Positions 1-6,750 of a stretch of DNA of 12,048 nucleotides are shown here, one piece after another. This stretch comes from a virus. Under the pieces are notes generated by a model that saw only the letters and a program-made list of their open reading frames with translations, searched no databases and had not been told where the DNA came from. The DNA lies in IMG/VR virus record IMGVR_UViG_3300045988_058916, positions 1 through 12,048 of that record; one strand, written 5' to 3'. A program made the translations under genes and the position numbers. Numbering within the stretch: position 1 is the first letter of the stretch; every line of letters starts with the position of its first letter.

Positions 1-109
1 GGTACACAAAGCACCCCAATTTAACATTTCCCAACGCATTTTTAACAGTTGCTAACACACTTTGGCACGGTTTTTGCTGTGCCACAAATACCTTACATTT
101 TACGTTTAT

Positions 110-136
110 TTAACACATTTAACACACCGTTAACAC
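110..136. repeat. Three phased TTAACAC copies inside the ITR (mirrored at 11913..11939)
   Basis: TTAACAC occurs at 110..116, 119..125 and 130..136, with start-to-start spacing of 9 and 11 nt. Related TTAACA/CTAACAC copies occur at 21..26, 42..47 and 52..58. Confidence 0.6.
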
Positions 137-168
137 TGTTAAACTTTCATAAAAATTAGGTTGCAAAT

Positions 169-209
169 GTTTCACGTGAAACGGTAGTAAGTGATGTTTC
201 ACGTGGAAC
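169..209. promoter_or_regulatory. Pair of 14-bp palindromic sites: GTTTCACGTGAAAC (169..182) and GTTTCACGTGGAAC (196..209). Candidate protein-binding sites.
   Basis: The first site is a perfect 14-bp palindrome; the second has one mismatch. Their centres are 27 bp apart. The same 14-mer recurs at 7025..7038 and in the right ITR. Confidence 0.55.
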
Positions 210-270
210 AAAAGATGGTATATGTTAAAAAGATTAAAATTTAAAATTTTACACTATTTAACAAAAATAA

Positions 271-302
271 TTTGGTGGTTTCGAAAAAAAGTCGTACCTT
301 TG
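271..302 (+). promoter_or_regulatory. Bacteroidota-type promoter of the rightward arm (-33 TTTG at 271..274, -7 TACCTTTG at 295..302)
   Basis: TTTG, 20 nt, TAnnTTTG matches the published Bacteroides/Flavobacterium sigma-A promoter consensus. A 20-mer, AAAATAATTTGGTGGTTTCG, is shared with the right-end promoter. The first ATG lies 46 nt downstream. Confidence 0.65.
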
Positions 303-347
303 CATCAGAAATAAGAAACATAAGTTAAACAATAAAATATAAATATT

Positions 348-473
348 ATGGTTACAATTAAATTTATCGGTGTTAACGGCAAAGGTCAAATGACTGTAAA
401 AGATAGCCAAAAAGATAGTGTTATTACTAGCTTATTAGCAGTTGGTTATGGCATTCTAGGTATTGAAAAGTAA
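348..473 (+). CDS. Small hypothetical protein, 41 aa (MVTIKFIGVNGKGQMTVKDSQKDSVITSLLAVGYGILGIEK), below the ORF-track length cutoff
   Basis: Hand translation: ATG at 348, TAA at 471..473. It is the first ORF after the left promoter and is followed directly by a GC-rich stem-loop. The C-terminal segment is hydrophobic. Confidence 0.4.
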   Translation: MVTIKFIGVNGKGQMTVKDSQKDSVITSLLAVGYGILGIEK

Positions 474-481
474 GTTTAACC

Positions 482-502
482 GCCCCGTGTTTATCACGGG
501 GC
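482..502 (+). terminator. GC-rich stem-loop (GCCCCGTG / CACGGGGC, 5-nt loop). Possible attenuator or RNA stabiliser.
   Basis: An 8-bp perfect stem with no downstream T-tract. It lies between the 41-aa and 108-aa ORFs. Confidence 0.35.
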
Positions 503-518
503 ATAAAATACAAAGGTT

Positions 519-845
519 ATGGCAATTTACAAAATTACATTGGATTTCGAAACCGTTATATCTGTTAACGGTGTTAGAATAAAGAGTGAAACATCACGTG
601 ACACAAAAGCAGTAATAGGTGTTTTTAAAGACGTTGCAAAGGTTATGTATGGGCACGAAATAAACTGCATCAAACATAACAGTTTACCAAATGTGGACAA
701 AGACGTTTGCACTATCTTTGAATCAAAAGATAGTTTACAGTACATAAACGAATATGGTTGTTGTGTTACACAAATTTGTAATAAGTTAGGCAAAGGTGTT
801 AGTTCATTCTTTCAGCTTATTCAGACAAGTGAAAGAATTGATTAA
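519..845 (+). CDS. Hypothetical protein, 108 aa
   Basis: ORF track. It is co-oriented with the left promoter and flanked by stem-loops. I recognise no motif. Confidence 0.6.
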   Translation: MAIYKITLDFETVISVNGVRIKSETSRDTKAVIGVFKDVAKVMYGHEINCIKHNSLPNVDKDVCTIFESKDSLQYINEYGCCVTQICNKLGKGVSSFFQLIQTSERID

Positions 846-855
846 ATGTTTAATA

Positions 856-876
856 GCCCGTGACTTGTTCACGGGC
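856..876 (+). terminator. GC-rich stem-loop (GCCCGTGA / TCACGGGC, 5-nt loop), related in sequence to the one at 482..502
   Basis: An 8-bp perfect stem sharing the CCCGTG...CACGGG core with 482..502. No T-tract follows. Confidence 0.35.
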
Positions 877-890
877 ACAAATTAATATAT

Positions 891-1091
891 ATGGGTTGCA
901 CTTATTTTAGAATCACTATTAAGAGTGATACCGTCAGCACCGTTTATATGGTACGTTCTGATAAAGTTAGCGAGTTTTTTAATAACAAAATAGACTACCT
1001 TTCGGGTGATTGCTCCATCACCGTAAAAGGTCGTTTTCCAACACACAAAGACACCCGCAAATGGTTTGTAGTTTCACCAAAAGAGAAATAA
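891..1091 (+). CDS. Hypothetical protein, 66 aa
   Basis: ORF track. The stop TAA at 1089..1091 lies 2 nt before the endolysin ATG. I recognise no motif. Confidence 0.5.
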   Translation: MGCTYFRITIKSDTVSTVYMVRSDKVSEFFNNKIDYLSGDCSITVKGRFPTHKDTRKWFVVSPKEK

Positions 1092-1093
1092 AT

Positions 1094-1516
1094 ATGAAGA
1101 AAATCAAGTATTTTAAGTTATCCGAATTTATCAATTCAGCAACGGCAAAACGTTTGGGTATTGATAATACACCCACGTTTGATGTAGTGGACAACTTAAA
1201 CCGTTTAGCAGACTATCTAGACGGCATTCGTGCAAAGCTAGGTAAACCGATTTTGGTTTCTAGCGGTTATCGTTGCCCGATGTTGAATAAAGCGGTTGGT
1301 GGGGTTGTTAACAGTCAACATTTGAAGGGTTTGGCTGCCGATTTAATTTGCGCTGATATGGAATCTTTAGAAAAGGTTCTGTTAAAAACGGGCGGTTACG
1401 ACCAACTTATAAAAGAACATCGCAAAGGTTCTAACAGTTTTTGGTATCACGTTTCTGTTTGCCCACGTAACGGCAAACCTCGTAACCAAATAATAATGAA
1501 TCTAGAAAAGAAATAA
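1094..1516 (+). CDS. Endolysin, peptidase M15 family (Peptidase_M15_3 / D-Ala-D-Ala carboxypeptidase-like zinc metallopeptidase), 140 aa
   Basis: The N-terminus YFKLSEFINSATAKRLGIDNTP and the segment SGYRCPMLNKAVGGVVNSQHLKGLAAD (zinc-binding H-x6-D) plus the later WYHVSV His are typical of phage M15 peptidases. I start at the internal ATG 1094 (MKKIKYF) rather than 1010, because 1010..1093 overlaps the upstream ORF and encodes a non-homologous extension. Confidence 0.88.
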   Translation: MKKIKYFKLSEFINSATAKRLGIDNTPTFDVVDNLNRLADYLDGIRAKLGKPILVSSGYRCPMLNKAVGGVVNSQHLKGLAADLICADMESLEKVLLKTGGYDQLIKEHRKGSNSFWYHVSVCPRNGKPRNQIIMNLEKK

Positions 1517-1547
1517 AGAAAGGGCGGTAAATTTACCGCCCCTTTCT
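1517..1547. terminator. Bidirectional intrinsic terminator between the convergent endolysin and tail genes
   Basis: AGAAAGGGCGGT-aaattt-ACCGCCC(C)TTTCT forms a stem with T-rich runs on both strands. It fills the 32-nt gap between the stop at 1514..1516 and the stop at 1549..1551. Confidence 0.75.
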
Positions 1548-1548
1548 T

Positions 1549-3414
1549 TTATAAATATACGCCCGTTTCAAGCTGCGAAATTATTTCGTTATATTCGTCA
1601 ACAAGCAAATTTGCAGTGTTCAAATTTACGTTTTCAAATTGAGCATAACCATTTACGGTATTAATAGTAACCTGCTTTTTAGTACTTTCGATAGAATCTT
1701 TCAACGATTCATAATATTTCACCGTTATATAAGGTTCTAAACCCATCAATACAGAATTTAAGTAACTAGAATCCCCGACCGTTCCTACCTCGTCATTTGC
1801 CAACGTCTTGTATATTATTTCACTGCTGCAATTAGTCACACCGTTATTGATAACAATATCATCGCATTTCATATTATAAGCACAATATCCCGTTACTAGG
1901 TCAATATCGTAACTTAAATTAATAGATTTACCCATAAAATCACTATCTATCGGTACGAATCCTACAAACGGCACGAAACACTGAATATTAACGTTAAAAT
2001 CGTTACTATTATTGGAGTAACTAGGTAGCAAAACAGTTCCAAAGTCAACGTGTACCTTTGAATCGTCAACGCTATTTGTTTCAATACCCGTGTCAAAGTT
2101 AGCTATCTTTAAAGACGTTTTAGAAACGTTTGGCACGTCAACGAAAACTTTATGCAACGAGTTAACATATTGTGCTATGTCGTAATACTCATATTCATAA
2201 GACTCATTTAATTTTTTGGTGAAACGAATCTTAGAAAACTCATTTAACGTTTTGGTGTTAACCAAATAAACGTTTATGCTACCATATCCACTAATCTCAA
2301 CATCGGGCATCGTGCCACCTAGCAGAGTAAAAGTGGAATCACTCACCCTTTCTACATCATTAGGAAAAGTGAAATTTAACGTTGCCGTTTTACCATTTTC
2401 ACTTAAAGTAAATTGGTGTTCCGTTGTTCCGTGTAATGTAGTAACCCATTGAGCAAACGGTAAATTTTCGGGGTCAAAATGAGTTTTTGCCGTTGCCGTT
2501 GCCGTAATATTTGCGACCTCGTTTTCTACATAGAAATCTTTCAGCCCCGAAACGTCACACCCCGTCATCTCGTTAGCAGTTACGCATACAAGACGGTATG
2601 CACCGTTTAAAGTAACGGTTGCACCCTGCTTAACATCGTCCAAAACAACATTTATAATGTTGGTTGTTTGTTCGGGTATTATTGTTTTTGTTTCTCCATT
2701 TGTAGCAACATACGTAACGGTAACGCCTACAAATTTTGCACGTTCACTTTGCCCCGTAACAGTAACAGAAACATTTGTGCCGTCTATCGTATGCGTTTCT
2801 GTTACATCACCCGTTATATTGTTTTTAACGTTTGTGCCAGTGCTAACAGTTTCGCCCGTTATGGTACGTCTTGTATCATAAAGACTATTTGTGTTTGAGC
2901 GAATTTTAAGGGTACACTTTGTATCGTCATCACTCCACGTTTGGCGTGGCACGTTAGCCCCGTTTAATTTAATCGTGTCACGAATCATTTTAAAACCCGA
3001 ATCACACGTAATATGGAGATAGAGATAGCAGTAAACTTGTATGCCCGAATATTCCCGTTCGCCCTTATCTTCCTGCACTATACTTGTATTTGGTATATTG
3101 TTTACCAAATCGTGATAATACAAATGTTCGCCCGTAAAATTAGTTACGTCACCGTCAAAAGTAACGTTCGGGTCGCCCTGCGTCCAATCACCTAGGTTTC
3201 CAATAACAGTTTCCGTTCCACTGCTAGGAATCGTTAACGTTATCTTTTTATCATATAACGTATGCGAGTATTTAGAGTCGTGAAATGTTACTGTTACTTT
3301 GCCCCCTTTCCAATTATAATTAGTGTTTGGTTTAATAGTAACATCGTAACCTAAACCTTTTTCTTTTACAGTAACGGTCGTGCCTATTACATTGTTTGTT
3401 GTCGTTATTGCCAT
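1549..3414 (-). CDS. Tail structural / receptor-binding protein, 621 aa. The N-terminal ~400 aa are beta-rich (Thr/Val/Asn). The C-terminal region resembles the central part of the phi29 gp9 tail knob.
   Basis: It is the last and largest gene of the structural operon. CFVPFVGFVPIDSDFMGKSINLSYDIDL resembles phi29 gp9 [24 protein letters not shown] (from memory). The N-terminal part has repeated VTVT-type beta-strand patterns, as in Ig-like or fibre domains. Confidence 0.55.
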   Translation of the reverse strand: MAITTTNNVIGTTVTVKEKGLGYDVTIKPNTNYNWKGGKVTVTFHDSKYSHTLYDKKITLTIPSSGTETVIGNLGDWTQGDPNVTFDGDVTNFTGEHLYYHDLVNNIPNTSIVQEDKGEREYSGIQVYCYLYLHITCDSGFKMIRDTIKLNGANVPRQTWSDDDTKCTLKIRSNTNSLYDTRRTITGETVSTGTNVKNNITGDVTETHTIDGTNVSVTVTGQSERAKFVGVTVTYVATNGETKTIIPEQTTNIINVVLDDVKQGATVTLNGAYRLVCVTANEMTGCDVSGLKDFYVENEVANITATATAKTHFDPENLPFAQWVTTLHGTTEHQFTLSENGKTATLNFTFPNDVERVSDSTFTLLGGTMPDVEISGYGSINVYLVNTKTLNEFSKIRFTKKLNESYEYEYYDIAQYVNSLHKVFVDVPNVSKTSLKIANFDTGIETNSVDDSKVHVDFGTVLLPSYSNNSNDFNVNIQCFVPFVGFVPIDSDFMGKSINLSYDIDLVTGYCAYNMKCDDIVINNGVTNCSSEIIYKTLANDEVGTVGDSSYLNSVLMGLEPYITVKYYESLKDSIESTKKQVTINTVNGYAQFENVNLNTANLLVDEYNEIISQLETGVYL

Positions 3415-3415
3415 A

Positions 3416-3856
3416 TTAATTACCTTTTACAGTCACCATTATAATGTGGTCGTTATCACTAAACAACCCCGTGTTCGAAAAATCCAACTTTTGGAGTTTT
3501 GGTCGCAAATCGTAAACATTTTCACGGTTTGAGCTATAAGCGCCTGCATTTTCACCCTTTGTCATCGTTGCCGAGCTGTTTAAAATAATATCCTTATAAG
3601 TAAAAAGTACGTCTATTTGCAAGTGTACCGTGCAAGTATCCCCATTTTGTTCTATTTCAGAAACAAAATAATAACGGTTTAAACTTTCGATATAAACATA
3701 GTTAAACGTTACGGGTGTGCGAGTTCTGAAACGAATAATCGGGTTTAACACGTTAAACGTCATATTGAGCACCCCAGTATATTCGTTGTTTTCTTGCAAC
3801 GTCTTGTTTATTCGGTTTGGTTCACCGTCATAAACATAAGTTTTTATTTTAACCAT
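3416..3856 (-). CDS. Tail protein resembling the N-terminal domain of the phi29 gp9 tail knob, 146 aa
   Basis: NRYYFVSEIEQNGDTCTVHLQIDVLFTY resembles phi29 gp9 [31 protein letters not shown] (from memory). The stop lies 1 nt before the ATG of the 621-aa gene (TAATATG). Confidence 0.55.
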   Translation of the reverse strand: MVKIKTYVYDGEPNRINKTLQENNEYTGVLNMTFNVLNPIIRFRTRTPVTFNYVYIESLNRYYFVSEIEQNGDTCTVHLQIDVLFTYKDIILNSSATMTKGENAGAYSSNRENVYDLRPKLQKLDFSNTGLFSDNDHIIMVTVKGN

Positions 3857-3872
3857 ATCTTATAAGTAAAAT

Positions 3873-3911
3873 GGGGCGAATCCCGCGCTTTTCACCTACG
3901 AGAAACGCCCC
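3873..3911 (-). terminator. Possible partial terminator or stem-loop after the capsid gene (GGGGCG ... CGCCCC)
   Basis: A 6-bp GC stem enclosing a 27-nt loop, followed on the - strand by ATTTTA. The structure is weak. Its position after the capsid gene is typical of an attenuator. Confidence 0.25.
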
Positions 3912-3932
3912 AAACAGTTAAACAATAACCAA

Positions 3933-5117
3933 TTAGGCGACGAAGAACACTACAAAGTTTTCGTTGGTATCGTTAAAATACCCTGCATCGAATTTGTAGT
4001 AATTGTTGAAAAACTCTGCTTTTGCGTTGTAATTTGTTGTTACTCGCTTATCTAAGTTAGTAACACCCAAAGCGTCACGGTCAAACATCACACCTAGAAC
4101 ACCGCTAATAGAAACGGCTGCACCGCTAGCAGATTTTACGTCAATCTTCGAAACGTTGGCAAAAGCATAGTCTTTGCCCGTTGCCTGCCAACTTGCCACG
4201 GTTTCAGCCGTTGGTAGCATAACGTTATCGTTGTGGTATGTATCAGCATACAGATAAGTCTTTGCAGCAGTTGCAAAATCAGACAACAAAACGGTGTGCA
4301 AAACGTCTTTCGGTGTGAAACGTTCCTTACCTCCCACGTTGAAAAGTGTTGAAATTGTCTGCAAACGGTCTGAATATAGCCCCATAGTATATGCAGCGAA
4401 ACGTATAAAATCGGGTGTGGTAATTGCAGCATTTGCAGCCAAATGTGCCCCCGTCTTGTCGTTATATAATTTGAGCAAGTTTACGCATCTAACAGTACTT
4501 GCCGTACTGTAATCCACTGTTTCGTGACTAGAAGCAATCCAACCAAATGCAGCTTTATCAGCGTCTAAGGTTTCAGCAATCATATTGTTAATTGTGCGCA
4601 TAATAAGTGCATCGGTCTTGATAGTCATAGACTTTTCAACTGCCGAGTAAATCATTGAAAGAAAACCGTTAAGTTGTTCAGCACTACTGAAAGACTCTTT
4701 TACTTGTCTTTCGGTAATTGAAACGGGCACCTCAAACGTCACCTTCGAATTGAAAAATTTTGCAGAAACAGTTGGTTTGTGAAAAACGTCTTGTTTGTAC
4801 TCTTTGCCGTCTTGCAAATTCCACGTGTCGTTTTCTTCTGCAACGGGCACGTCAGCAGAAATCTTTTCAAGAACACTACCAAATTCCCATGCATCCATAA
4901 GAACACTAGGGACTTTGCCTGCATAAGGGCGGTTCACGAAAACAACCTTACCAATATGGTTCACCAGTGATTTAACGTAGTTGTCAACGGCATTCTGATT
5001 AAAAATCTCGTTGCCCAAATCTACTACACCCGTAAGGTCTTCCTGCACCAAATCGGTTTTGCCCAAAACCTCACTTGAAACGCTATTAATAAGCGTGTAA
5101 ATCTGTTTAATCTCCAT
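3933..5117 (-). CDS. Major capsid protein, phi29 gp8-like (HK97 fold), 394 aa
   Basis: NYVKSLVNHIGKVVFVNR resembles gp8 DFITSLVDRIGLVVIRQV. The C-terminal FDRDALGVTNLDKRVTTNYNAKAEFFNNYYKF resembles gp8 [30 protein letters not shown] (from memory). It lacks the C-terminal BIG2 domain of phi29 gp8. Confidence 0.8.
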   Translation of the reverse strand: MEIKQIYTLINSVSSEVLGKTDLVQEDLTGVVDLGNEIFNQNAVDNYVKSLVNHIGKVVFVNRPYAGKVPSVLMDAWEFGSVLEKISADVPVAEENDTWNLQDGKEYKQDVFHKPTVSAKFFNSKVTFEVPVSITERQVKESFSSAEQLNGFLSMIYSAVEKSMTIKTDALIMRTINNMIAETLDADKAAFGWIASSHETVDYSTASTVRCVNLLKLYNDKTGAHLAANAAITTPDFIRFAAYTMGLYSDRLQTISTLFNVGGKERFTPKDVLHTVLLSDFATAAKTYLYADTYHNDNVMLPTAETVASWQATGKDYAFANVSKIDVKSASGAAVSISGVLGVMFDRDALGVTNLDKRVTTNYNAKAEFFNNYYKFDAGYFNDTNENFVVFFVA

Positions 5118-5132
5118 TTTATAAAATTTAAA

Positions 5133-5702
5133 TTAATAAATATCTAATGTTAACTCTTTTGCAAGTTCTGTAATAACCTGCATTTTGAAATTTGTTCTTC
5201 TGAGATTTATTTCTTTTTGAATAATCTCACTAGTAAGATAGCTAGACGGAACACCGTTTTTAACACTTGTTTTCGTGCCCGTTTCTTGTCTGCTTCCCGT
5301 TGTGTCACGTTGTTGTTTTGTGTCATTGCCAAATCCCCCATTATTAAATGTTGTACTTGAATCGATAGTATTATTATTGCCCGTTTCGTCAACGTTTGTA
5401 CTTGTTGTTTCCGTTAACTTTTCAGTAATCGGGTTTAATACCTCATATTCAGTGTTAAACACTTGAATCTGTTTTTGCCACGCATCAAAGTTTACTGTTA
5501 TGATACCTTTTACAATATCATTTGCAGTTTCGTTTGTGATGGCATCTACTAGTGTTCTGTTTCCGTATTTGAAACGAAAATCCGTATCAATAACTTTCGG
5601 GTCATCATCTCCAAAAATAGACTGATACAAGACGGGAAAAAGCGGTTTAAAGATTTTTTCAAATAAACCATTTTCACCCGTGAAAAGTTCATTTATCTTC
5701 AT
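5133..5702 (-). CDS. Structural-module protein of unknown role, 189 aa. Candidate scaffolding protein or lower-collar/head-tail adaptor.
   Basis: It lies between the portal and capsid genes, and its start overlaps the portal 3' end by 14 nt. The central T/N/G/S-rich segment (TETTSTNVDETGNNNTIDSSTTFNNGGFGNDTKQQRDTTGSRQETGTKTS) is low-complexity. The role is a positional inference only. Confidence 0.3.
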   Translation of the reverse strand: MKINELFTGENGLFEKIFKPLFPVLYQSIFGDDDPKVIDTDFRFKYGNRTLVDAITNETANDIVKGIITVNFDAWQKQIQVFNTEYEVLNPITEKLTETTSTNVDETGNNNTIDSSTTFNNGGFGNDTKQQRDTTGSRQETGTKTSVKNGVPSSYLTSEIIQKEINLRRTNFKMQVITELAKELTLDIY

Positions 5703-6750
5703 CTTCTTTTTCTTCTGTTTCTTGTGTTTCTTCTGTTTCCGTTTCTGTTTCTTCTGTTTCTTCTGTTTCTTCTGTTTCCGTTTCTGTTTCTTCTGTTTCT
5801 TGTGTTTCTTCTGTTTCGCCCGTTTCGTTTTCGTTTACGGGGTCAACGTCTTCTGTGTCGGTGTGGTCGTGCCCGTCTTCTGTTTCCTGCAATAAAGACA
5901 AGTAATTTTCGTGTTCAATTTTCCAACTTGAGCCGAGTGTTACGGTTATATCCGTACCGAACATTTCGTTAACACGTTTTACGCCCTCAACACGTTCTGT
6001 TAGCATTGAATCAACAAACGGCATTAATGCGTCAATATTCATTGAAACTTCTTGAGTGTTCAAACGTTCACGTTTCATATTGTAATTTGCGTTCAAACCT
6101 AGGTCGTTAAACATAGACGCTTTATAGTACTGCAAAAGTTCTATTAATTGTCCTATCTGCAAATTACTTTGTGACGGTGGGGTTTGCATATTTACACCTT
6201 TGAAAAATGCATTTTCACCGATAACGGAAAAATCACCGTCCAAAATCTTTTGCAGAAACAATTCTGCACTTTGTTTTGTCTTGTCATCACTAGCAGAAAT
6301 CAACATTGTAATGCGTGTTAAAATACTCGTCATATTGAGTGTTATTACTGTATCAGTATATAGCACACCATATTTGCCTATAATAGGCAGTATTGAATCT
6401 GCAAACGGGGTGTTATTGATAACGACAATATCGGAATCTATTTTATATGTTTTGTCAAGCTTTAGCCACGGGTTTGCTACCACATAATCTTTTCCGTGAT
6501 AATAAGCGTCACATTCGCCCCCACGTGTGCCCTGCAAAGCATACAAGTTTCCGTTAACTTCTGCTATTCCAACGTTACCGCTTGTTTGAAGAATCTTTTC
6601 AAGTTCAACGGGCGGCATTGTTTCGGGTGTTCCGTTGTACTCAAACATTTTTGTCGTCATACAAAGAACACGTTGCATAAACGAATTTAATGCCGTGTCT
6701 TTGTCTTTTACTTCTGTTTGGTACAAATTATATAAGTTTTCTTTTTTCAT
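5689..6750 (-). CDS. Portal (connector / upper collar) protein, phi29 gp10-like, 353 aa, with an extended acidic Glu/Thr repeat C-terminal tail
   Basis: [27 protein letters not shown] resembles gp10 [44 protein letters not shown] resembles gp10 NLEKKERMVTDEVSSN (from memory). The C-terminus is [45 protein letters not shown]. Confidence 0.85.
   Translation of the reverse strand: [353 protein letters not shown]
5710..5817. repeat. In-frame tandem triplet repeat (39-bp unit, about 2.7 copies) encoding the portal Glu/Thr tail
   Basis: 5731..5769 and 5770..5808 differ at one base. A 30-nt direct repeat occurs at 5710..5739 and 5788..5817. All units are multiples of 3 nt. Confidence 0.85.

Larger units (their letters stand above)
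1..214. repeat. Left inverted terminal repeat (214 bp)
   Basis: I compared 1..214 block by block with the reverse complement of 11835..12048 and found them identical. Identity ends at 215 (a) versus the complement of 11834 (t). Confidence 0.95.

Noticed and set aside
63-84. Small hairpin in the ITR (TGGCAC-10nt-GTGCCA)
   Set aside because: It has only a 6-bp stem with a 10-nt loop, which is too weak to call a structural element on its own. It may still be part of an origin-binding site.
527-793. 88-aa - strand ORF antisense to the 108-aa ORF
   Set aside because: It is shorter than the + strand ORF it overlaps. It points away from any promoter, and the + strand ORF fits the promoter and hairpin layout of the left arm.
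1010-1093. Upstream extension of the endolysin ORF (track start at 1010, 168 aa)
   Set aside because: The extension overlaps the 66-aa ORF in another frame and encodes a basic stretch unlike M15 peptidase N-termini. The family-typical N-terminus begins at the ATG at 1094.
4136-5392. Same-strand alternative-frame ORFs (4136..4432, 4739..4924, 5207..5392 on the - strand)
   Set aside because: They are nested out of frame inside the capsid gene and the 189-aa gene. They have no independent signals, and their sequences look like frame-shifted noise.
5710-5817. Short direct repeats that might suggest a CRISPR array or an iteron cluster
   Set aside because: The repeats are contiguous with no spacers, have triplet periodicity, and lie in frame within the portal gene. 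They are a coding tandem repeat.
5680-5972. Striking Phe/Cys-repeat ORFs (FFCFLCFFCF...) on the + strand (5680..5895 and 5724..5972)
   Set aside because: They are the antisense reading of the GAA/ACA-rich repeat that encodes the portal Glu/Thr tail. They are an artefact of the triplet repeat.
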